The position numbers and the translations under genes were made by a program. Shown in pieces: positions 27,952 to 34,601 of a stretch of 36,348 bases of DNA (its first letter is position 1; every line of letters begins with the position of its first letter). The stretch is from Gemmatimonadota bacterium (GTDB taxonomy: Bacteria; Latescibacterota; UBA2968; UBA8231). The stretch covers positions 1 to 36,348 of the forward strand of contig JAYPJE010000044.1 in NCBI GenBank assembly GCA_038128265.1, read 5' to 3'. The notes beneath the pieces are model-generated. The model saw only the letters and a list, made by a program, of their open reading frames with translations. It was not told the DNA's origin and made no database searches.

Positions 27952-29748
27952 CTACTCTTCGCCGGGCTGACCGCTGTAGTTGAGCTGGTGCAGTCGCGCG
28001 TAGATGCCCCCCTGCTGAATAAGCTCTTCGTGCTTGCCGCGTTCGCGGACCTCGCCGTGGTGCAGCACGAGTATTTGGTCGGCGCGGCGAATGGTCGACA
28101 GGCGATGGGCAATGACGATGGACGTGCGATCGTGCATGAGCTTGGCGATGGCGTCTTGAATCAGCTGCTCGGTTTCGGTGTCAATCGAAGAGGTCGCCTC
28201 GTCTAGCACGAGCACCTCCGGGTCGAACGCCAGCGCGCGCGCAAAAGAGAGCAGCTGGCGCTGGCCAGACGAGAGGGTGGAGCCGCGTTCGGCGACTGCT
28301 TGATCATAGCCGTTGGGCAGCTGCTTAATAAAGCGTTCGGCGTTGACAAAGCGCGCAGCCTCTTCCACGCGCTGCTGATCAATGCGCTCGTCTCCGAGGC
28401 GAATATTGTCGCGCACGTTGCCCGAAAATAGAAATACATCCTGCTGAACAATGCTGATGCGCTCGCGCAGCTCTTCGGCATTCCACTGCGTTATTTCCAC
28501 GCCATCAACGAGTATTTCGCCGCGCTGAATTGGGTAGAAGCGGCAGAGCAAGTTGACGATGGTCGTTTTCCCCGACCCCGTAGCGCCGACCAGGGCCAAG
28601 CTCTGGCCCGCACCAATGGCAAAGGATACGTCCTTTAAAATCCAGTCTTCAGCATGCTCGTCGTATTTGAAGTAGACGTTTTTAAACTCGATGGTGCCGC
28701 CGCGCCGCTGGTGGGTCACATTGCGGCGCGGACCCCCTTCGCTTTCGGTCGGCGTTTCCAATAGCTCGAAGATGCGTTCGGAAGAAGCCATGGCGCTCTG
28801 CAGCAGAGCATAGCGGTCGCTGATGTCCATAATCGGTCGGAAAAAGCGGCGGATGTACTGCAGGAAAGCAACCAGAACGCCAAAGGCCACGCGCTCGGAA
28901 AGGACGGCTGAGGAGCCGAACCAGATGACGGCGGCCATGCCCAGCGTGCCGACCAGCTCGGTAAAGGGGAAAAAGATGGCGTAGTAGAAAATCTCGCGCT
29001 CCTCGGCGCGGCGGTAGGGCAGGTGTTCGCGGTCGAAATCGCGCAGATTGCGCCCTTCGCGGCTAAATAGCTGCACCACTTCCATACCGGTGATATTTTC
29101 CTGCAAATAGGCGTTTAGTCGCGCCAGCCGCACGCGCAGCTCGCGGTAGGCAACCATGGCCTGGTTTTGCAGGTAAAAGGTGGAAACGGCCAGCACCGGA
29201 ACGACGAGACAGCAGACCAAGGTCAGCTGCGGGTCGATGTAGATCATAAAGGTCAGAATGGCGATCAGCGTGAAGAGATCCATAAAGACCGATACAATGC
29301 CCTCGCTGAAGAACTCGTTGAGGGCTTCGACGTCGTTGGTCGTGCGCGTCATAATGCGGCCCAGCGGCGTGCGGTCGTAGTACTGCAAGGGGAGTTTTTG
29401 TAGGTGCGCAAAGATATCGCGGCGCATGTCGAGCATGACGTGCTGGCCCATGATCTCGGTCACTAGCGTCTGCGCGTACTGCGATGCGTATTGCACCGCG
29501 ATGCTGGCAAAAAATAGGGCGATAATCCACGTGAGCCCGTCGTAGTCGCCTTCGGCTATATAGTCGTCGACGGCAATCTGCGTAAGCCAGGGGCCAACCT
29601 GGCTGGAGAAGGCCGAAAAGGCAATGGTAAGAAAGGCGAGGGCGACGCGGCGCTTGTGGGGGCGCAAATAGGTCAGCAGCTTGCCCAGCAGGCGCGGATT
29701 AAAGGGGCGATGCTGTATTTCTTCCTCTTTGTTGAGCAACTCGCTCAC
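27952..29748 (-). CDS. ABC exporter fused TMD-NBD subunit (MdlB-like)
   Basis: 6-TM domain, GATGSGKTT, LSSGQ, LDEAT and AHRLST motifs. Confidence 0.93.
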   Translation of the reverse strand: MSELLNKEEEIQHRPFNPRLLGKLLTYLRPHKRRVALAFLTIAFSAFSSQVGPWLTQIAVDDYIAEGDYDGLTWIIALFFASIAVQYASQYAQTLVTEIMGQHVMLDMRRDIFAHLQKLPLQYYDRTPLGRIMTRTTNDVEALNEFFSEGIVSVFMDLFTLIAILTFMIYIDPQLTLVCCLVVPVLAVSTFYLQNQAMVAYRELRVRLARLNAYLQENITGMEVVQLFSREGRNLRDFDREHLPYRRAEEREIFYYAIFFPFTELVGTLGMAAVIWFGSSAVLSERVAFGVLVAFLQYIRRFFRPIMDISDRYALLQSAMASSERIFELLETPTESEGGPRRNVTHQRRGGTIEFKNVYFKYDEHAEDWILKDVSFAIGAGQSLALVGATGSGKTTIVNLLCRFYPIQRGEILVDGVEITQWNAEELRERISIVQQDVFLFSGNVRDNIRLGDERIDQQRVEEAARFVNAERFIKQLPNGYDQAVAERGSTLSSGQRQLLSFARALAFDPEVLVLDEATSSIDTETEQLIQDAIAKLMHDRTSIVIAHRLSTIRRADQILVLHHGEVRERGKHEELIQQGGIYARLHQLNYSGQPGEE

Positions 29749-31493
29749 AGCGTCTCCAATTCGGCGGCTAGCTGCTGACGGGCGTGCAGATCGGCATAAA
29801 AGCCACCGTGCTTTAGCAGCTGTTGGTGCGTGCCCTGTTCGGCAATGCGACCCTCGTCGAGGACGATGATGTGATCGCAGTCGCGCAGCGTCGATATGCG
29901 GTGGGCGATAATTAGCGTCGTGCGCCCCTTCATAAGCGTGCGCAAATGGCCCAAGACCGCTTCTTCCGTATGCGTGTCGACGGCCGAGAGCGCATCGTCT
30001 AGGATGAGAATCTGCGGCATGCGCAGCAGCGCGCGCGCCAGCGTTGAGCGCTGCTTTTGGCCGCCGGAAAGCGTGACGCCGCGCTCGCCGATCATCGTTT
30101 CAAAGCCGCTGTCGAATTCGATTACATCCTTGCGCAACTGCGCCCATTCCGCGGCCTGGCTGACTTCCTCGTCCGAGGCAGAATTGACGCCGTAGGCAAT
30201 ATTAGCGGCGATGGTGTTGGAAAACAGAAACGGGTTTTGCGACACGTAGCCGATGGCGCTGCGCAGCTGGGCGAGGGGCCATTTTTCCACCGGTATGCCG
30301 TCGATAAAGAGCTGGTTGGGCGCGCTCTGCACCAGGCGCGGCACCAAACGTGCAAGCGTAGTTTTACCGGAGCCGACGCGCCCCATGATGCCGACGGTCG
30401 TGCCCGCCGGGATGGAGAGGTTAATATCGCGCAGCACGGGCGCATTGTCGCCGTAGGCAAAGGTCAGCGAGCGAAACTCGATGTCGCCGAGTGCGGGCTG
30501 TTTGACGGCGGCGACATCGACGTCGCGGATGTCCGGCTCGACGTCCATGACCTCGTTGATGCGGCGCATGGCCACCAGGGCGCGCTGAAAGCGATCGATA
30601 ACCCAGGCCGAGTACATGATGGGTCGAATGAGCTGGGTGAGATAGGCGTTGAAAGCGACAAAGGCACCGAGTGTGAACGTCCCCTCGATGACGGCTTTGC
30701 CACCGAGCCAAAGGTTTATGCCCAGGCATACGGATGCAACCAGATGGGTGAGGGGTCGGTACGATGCGCGCGTGAGAATAAGTTGGCGGTTTTTTTCCAG
30801 GTATTCGTCGTTGAGCTCGCCAAATGCACCGTTTTGTGCGGGGCCTTGCACATAGGCCTTAATCACGCGCGTGCCGGCGAGGTTTTCCTGTATAAAGTTG
30901 CTCATCTCGCCAAAAAAGTCTTGGATGGCGCGAAAGCGGTTATGCACCAGCGTGGCCATGCGCGTGAGCAGAATCACGAAAATGGGCACGGGTGCGAGGA
31001 TGATAAAGGCCAGCTTCCAGTCGATGACGCACATCCAGGCGATGCTGAAGAGAAAAATGAGTCCGGATTCGACGATGCCGCGCACGCCGTAGGTGAAGAA
31101 GATGCGGACCGAATTGAGGTCGTTGGTGGCGCGCGACATCAGGTCGCCCGTGTGCTGCGTCTGGTAATATGAGAGAGGTTGCTTGAGCAGGTGGGCGAAA
31201 TAGGCCGTGCGGATGTCGTACTCGATGCGCGCCGATACCCGCCCGAGCAGAATGCGCATGACGTAGCTGCACAGGGCGACCAGCAGGGCCAGGCCGACCA
31301 CGGTGAGCACGTCAGCCTGAATATCGGCAAAGCGCAGTTGGTCCGCTACGTGCTCCATCTGCAGCGTATCGATGGCCTCTTTGACCAACATCGGGATGTA
31401 GTTGCTCGCCGCCTGGGCAATGGCAATAGCCAGCACGCCGAGCAGCAGGCGCACCCTATAGGGACGGACGTATGGCGAGTAGGGGCCGAACAT
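29745..31493 (-). CDS. ABC exporter fused TMD-NBD subunit (MdlA-like, degenerate Walker B)
   Basis: TGDLMSRATND, GRVGSGKTT, LSGGQ, LDDALSAVD and AHRIST motifs. 4-nt overlap with its partner. Confidence 0.93.
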   Translation of the reverse strand: MFGPYSPYVRPYRVRLLLGVLAIAIAQAASNYIPMLVKEAIDTLQMEHVADQLRFADIQADVLTVVGLALLVALCSYVMRILLGRVSARIEYDIRTAYFAHLLKQPLSYYQTQHTGDLMSRATNDLNSVRIFFTYGVRGIVESGLIFLFSIAWMCVIDWKLAFIILAPVPIFVILLTRMATLVHNRFRAIQDFFGEMSNFIQENLAGTRVIKAYVQGPAQNGAFGELNDEYLEKNRQLILTRASYRPLTHLVASVCLGINLWLGGKAVIEGTFTLGAFVAFNAYLTQLIRPIMYSAWVIDRFQRALVAMRRINEVMDVEPDIRDVDVAAVKQPALGDIEFRSLTFAYGDNAPVLRDINLSIPAGTTVGIMGRVGSGKTTLARLVPRLVQSAPNQLFIDGIPVEKWPLAQLRSAIGYVSQNPFLFSNTIAANIAYGVNSASDEEVSQAAEWAQLRKDVIEFDSGFETMIGERGVTLSGGQKQRSTLARALLRMPQILILDDALSAVDTHTEEAVLGHLRTLMKGRTTLIIAHRISTLRDCDHIIVLDEGRIAEQGTHQQLLKHGGFYADLHARQQLAAELETL

Positions 31494-31522
31494 TGGACGG
31501 GGTGCTCAACTCATAAGTGCGC

Positions 31523-31549
31523 GCCGTGCGCTCCGGAGAGACGCACGGC
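31523..31549 (-). other. Intergenic RNA hairpin with a C(UCCG)G tetraloop
   Basis: Minus strand GCCGTGCG-T-CTC-TCCG-GAG-CGCACGGC, immediately after the creatininase-family stop; no U-tract. Confidence 0.5.
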
Positions 31550-32367
31550 TAAAATTGGCCCATATCTCTGTCGGAGCGGTGCTCGCGCCAGTCTTTAAAC
31601 TCGCCGAAAAACTTCAGCAGATCGCCGCGAATACCGCCAAATAGGGCCGCGCCTTTTTCTGCGCTGGCCTTTTCCGGGTGGTTGGCCGCACCGGTTGGTA
31701 TAAAGGCGGTAAAGGGCGTCGACAGGCCGATCACGTGCTTGGAGAGGTCGACGTCGTAGTAGTCGGTCTTGAAGTCCGTGGGAATGGCCTTGGCCTTTTC
31801 GGGCTGGCACAGCTGCGGAAAGACGTGCAGGCCGAGGGAGTATTCCCATTCGTCGGCGTGCGTCAGCATGGGGCTTTCAAAGCGCACGCCGTCGAGCCCT
31901 TCCTTGTGGCCCTTTTCAATGCTCGGCGCGCCGAGGTGCCAGTAGCTGGCAAAGCCAATCCAGGTGTCGGGGCGCTCGTAGCCGCGGCTGTAAAGCTCGA
32001 CAAGTGCCTGGTTGGCGGGCACCTGGTTACCGCCGTGGCCGTTGAGCATGAAGATCTTGCGAAAGCCGTGCTTGAGCAGCGTTTCGAGCGTGCGCACCAG
32101 CCAGCGGGTATAGAGCTCCGGGTTGGCGGTGACGGTGCCGGCAAAGTTGAGGTGGTGATCCGACATGCCCATCCACTGCGTGGGCAGGAGCAGCACGTCA
32201 TCTCCCATGGCCTCCTCGACGGATTCGGCAAAGGCCGTTACCAGTAGGGTGTCGGTTAGCAGGGGCATGTGCGGTCCGTGCTGTTCGCAGGAGCCCAAGG
32301 GCAAGAGAATGATTTTGTCTTTGTCTATATCCCTGACGTCGGGCCAGGCGAGATGTCCGTAGCGCAT
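31549..32367 (-). CDS. Creatininase family amidohydrolase
   Basis: LPLGSCEQHGPHMP..TD, GMSDHH..FAGT, NGHGGN and HADEWE motifs. Confidence 0.9.
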   Translation of the reverse strand: MRYGHLAWPDVRDIDKDKIILLPLGSCEQHGPHMPLLTDTLLVTAFAESVEEAMGDDVLLLPTQWMGMSDHHLNFAGTVTANPELYTRWLVRTLETLLKHGFRKIFMLNGHGGNQVPANQALVELYSRGYERPDTWIGFASYWHLGAPSIEKGHKEGLDGVRFESPMLTHADEWEYSLGLHVFPQLCQPEKAKAIPTDFKTDYYDVDLSKHVIGLSTPFTAFIPTGAANHPEKASAEKGAALFGGIRGDLLKFFGEFKDWREHRSDRDMGQF

Positions 32368-32408
32368 TGAACGATCCAAGTGGTGTAGTGGAGGGGAATG
32401 CGCAGGAA

Positions 32409-32437
32409 AATATAGGGGTCGATCTCGGGCCCAACAA
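32409..32437 (-). promoter_or_regulatory. Candidate sigma70 promoter of the creatininase-ABC exporter unit
   Basis: Minus-strand TTGTTG-N17-TATATT. Confidence 0.5.
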
Positions 32438-32452
32438 GGAGCCGAGCGATAT

Positions 32453-33055
32453 TCAGGAGTCGAGCTCGGGAAAGGTTTGTCGCAGCAGCGGTGCTAGGGC
32501 AACTATAGCGCGTGCGCGATGGCTGATTTCGTTTTTGACGCGAGCGTCCAATTCGGCCATCGTGCAGCCGTGCTCAGGCACGAAGAATATCGGATCGTAG
32601 CCAAATCCATGGTCGCCGGATGCCGCCCGTGCGATGTGGCCTTCGCACGTGCCTTCGGCACGGCAGCTGCGACCGTCGGGCGCAACAACGACGATGGTAC
32701 AGCAGAAGCGCGCGCTGCGCTGTGCGGCCGCGGGAAAGGCTTGCATGTGATCGAGAAGCAGGCGGTAGCGGCCGGCGTCATCGAGTCCCGGGCCGCCGTA
32801 GCGCGCCGAAAATACGCCGGGGGCCCCATCGAGCGCATCGACTACAAGCCCGCTGTCGTCGGCAAGGGCAATAAGGCCGGTTGCCTCGCAAAAGGCGCGC
32901 GCCTTGAGCTCGGCGTTGGCTGCGAACGTAGTGCCCGTTTCCTCGACGTCCAGCTGGAGGTCGAGGTCGGCCGGAGATACGACTTCAGACGGCTGCAGCA
33001 GGGCGCGCATCTCGCGCACTTTGCCCGCATTGTTGCTGGCGACTAAGAATTTCAT
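32453..33055 (-). CDS. rdgB: dITP/XTP pyrophosphatase (Ham1 family)
   Basis: ASNNAGKVRE, EETGTTF..NA..KA, ADDSGL, GAPGVFSARY, GFGYDPIF and KNEISHR motifs. Confidence 0.95.
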   Translation of the reverse strand: MKFLVASNNAGKVREMRALLQPSEVVSPADLDLQLDVEETGTTFAANAELKARAFCEATGLIALADDSGLVVDALDGAPGVFSARYGGPGLDDAGRYRLLLDHMQAFPAAAQRSARFCCTIVVVAPDGRSCRAEGTCEGHIARAASGDHGFGYDPIFFVPEHGCTMAELDARVKNEISHRARAIVALAPLLRQTFPELDS

Positions 33056-33060
33056 ACGGA

Positions 33061-34134
33061 CTACTGCCGCTGGTTGGCGCGGTCGATCTCTTCAATCTGG
33101 TGCGTTGCGTAGTCCTTGAATCGGCTGTCCTGCTGCGCCTGAGCGTAATAGGTGCGCGCCTCGCGCATCTGACCCATTTTGAAATACGCATCGCCGAGCA
33201 GGTTGTGCGCTGCCGCCGAGTTTTTATCGCGACGAAGAGCCGCCTGCCCGGCTTCGATGGCGTTGCCATACGAACCCATGCCGTAGTGTGCCTCGCCGAG
33301 GCGAAAGTGCGCTTCGGCATTTTTGCCATCCAGCTCGGTGGCGCGCTTCAGCGGTTCGATTGCTTCGTGCTGGCGTCCCAGTTGGTTAAGTGCCGTGCCG
33401 AGATACAAATAGCCTTCGGCGTATTGGGCATCGGCCTCTAATGCGGTTTGCATCAGGGTGACGATGCCCTCCAAGTCCTGCGTGGCAAATTTTACGCGCG
33501 CCAGCCCGCCGTAGGCTTCCATATACGCGCCATCGGCATCGATGGCCTTTTGATAGGTGGCGGCGGCTGGACCGTAATCGCGTCGCCGGCGCTGGATGTC
33601 GGCCAGCGCATAATGGGCCTTGGCGTACTGCGGCTTAGCCTCAATCGCCTTGGTGAAGGCATCTTGGGCCCGCTGGTCGTCGCGCAAGCCGTTGTGCGAC
33701 AGGCCCAACGCGTAGTGCGTCTGCGCGTTGTCTGGGTCGAACTGTAGCGCCTTATTGAACAGCTGGATGGCTTCGCTATATTTGCGCTGCTGGAGACTGG
33801 AAGCGGCGGATTTATAGTACAACTTGCCGAGTGCGGCGGCGGATTTCTCCGGTCGCACGCCCAGCGCGCGCGCCTTCTCGTAGGCGCCGGTGGCCTTGTC
33901 GTATTCGTTGAGGACGCTGTAGGACTGTGCGAGCAGGTAATGCGCTTCGCCGTAGTTGGGGTCGGCTGCAATGGCCTGTTCGAATTCGATGGCTGCGTTG
34001 CGGTAGTTGCGCTTTTTCAGCAGCTCGTAGCCCGTGCGGTAGTGGTTCTCGGCCTCTTCATTCTCATTGGACTGGGCGCCAGCACCCAGAGCAAAGACCA
34101 AGAGCACACACAGGCAAAGGGAAATGCGTTGCAT
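33061..34134 (-). CDS. Exported tetratricopeptide repeat protein
   Basis: Signal peptide MQRISLCLCVLLVFALGAGA, then about 9 helical 34-aa repeats (AHYxLG/A...A...AI..DP). AGGAG RBS. Confidence 0.9.
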   Translation of the reverse strand: MQRISLCLCVLLVFALGAGAQSNENEEAENHYRTGYELLKKRNYRNAAIEFEQAIAADPNYGEAHYLLAQSYSVLNEYDKATGAYEKARALGVRPEKSAAALGKLYYKSAASSLQQRKYSEAIQLFNKALQFDPDNAQTHYALGLSHNGLRDDQRAQDAFTKAIEAKPQYAKAHYALADIQRRRRDYGPAAATYQKAIDADGAYMEAYGGLARVKFATQDLEGIVTLMQTALEADAQYAEGYLYLGTALNQLGRQHEAIEPLKRATELDGKNAEAHFRLGEAHYGMGSYGNAIEAGQAALRRDKNSAAAHNLLGDAYFKMGQMREARTYYAQAQQDSRFKDYATHQIEEIDRANQRQ

Positions 34135-34235
34135 TCGGGTATTCTCCTGCGGTAGGAGGGAAAGTAGGCGTCACGCACACGCGCGGCAGGGGATATCCGG
34201 GTTTGGAACGCCCCTGCTGCAGCGGCTGCGTCGAT

Positions 34236-34466
34236 TTAGCGGGAGTCGATCGCAGCCTTTACTTCTGCGAAGTCGGGGTAACGACCTTCGGCGAGTTTGG
34301 AATAGATCAGCACTCCGTCCAATTCAATCTCAAAGCGCCCCCCATCGGAGGGAACCAAGGCGAATTCGGCAATGTCTTTTTTGTATTCTTTGAGTATGAG
34401 TTCCGCCAAACTGACGGCTTTGGGCTCATATCCTCAAGCCGAGCAGTAGGCCAAGCGCAGTTTCAT
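34236..34466 (-). CDS. Rdx family (SelW/SelT/SelH-like) selenoprotein with in-frame UGA at codon 11
   Basis: Hand translation: MKLRLAYCSA-U-GYEPKAVSLAELILKEYKKDIAEFALVPSDGGRFEIELDGVLIYSKLAEGRYPDFAEVKAAIDSR*. CxxU motif plus G.FEI..DG.LIYSK...GRYP. GAGGAG RBS at 34475-34480. Confidence 0.93.
34395..34430 (-). promoter_or_regulatory. Candidate bacterial SECIS element
   Basis: Just 3' of the UGA: UAUGAG/CUCAUA lower stem, CCGUCA/UGGCGG upper stem, and a GUU apical loop beginning 22 nt after the UGA. Confidence 0.65.
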
Positions 34467-34527
34467 AGTGCGTGCTCCTCATGTCTACAAACGGGGTAAA
34501 CGGTATTGGCAATAGTCAACACGGAAG

Positions 34528-34556
34528 ATTATAAAAGCGACTGGAACCGTTGTCAA
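34528..34556 (-). promoter_or_regulatory. Consensus sigma70 promoter upstream of the selenoprotein gene
   Basis: Minus strand TTGACA (34556-34551), 17-nt spacer, TATAAT (34533-34528). Confidence 0.85.
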
Positions 34557-34601
34557 AAAAGAGGCGCTTGCGTTTGGTTTGCCGCGAATCTGCACTTGGG
34601 T

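Noticed and set aside
30057..31172. Long alternative or antisense ORFs (this 371-aa ORF; also 17072..18055 and 10262..11281)
   Set aside because: They overlap well-supported genes and lack motifs; expected in high-GC DNA.
27952..31493. Degenerate Walker B (LDD) and signature (LSSGQ) in the ABC pair
   Set aside because: Normal asymmetry of heterodimeric type IV exporters.
31491..31514. In-frame ATG-AGT-TGA-GCA-CCC-CGT-CCA-ATG upstream of the MdlA-like gene, a possible second UGA readthrough
   Set aside because: No redox motif, no clear RBS or SECIS, and the transporter is complete from ATG 31493. Probably chance.
26046..33055. Purine theme linking guaB, the creatininase-family gene and rdgB
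   Set aside because: The genes are separated by a divergent gene, a transporter and separate promoter candidates; no evidence for one pathway.
34067..34499. Plus-strand ORFs 33927..34499 and 34067..34393 covering the gap next to the TPR gene
   Set aside because: No recognisable motifs; they are antisense shadows of the TPR and selenoprotein genes.
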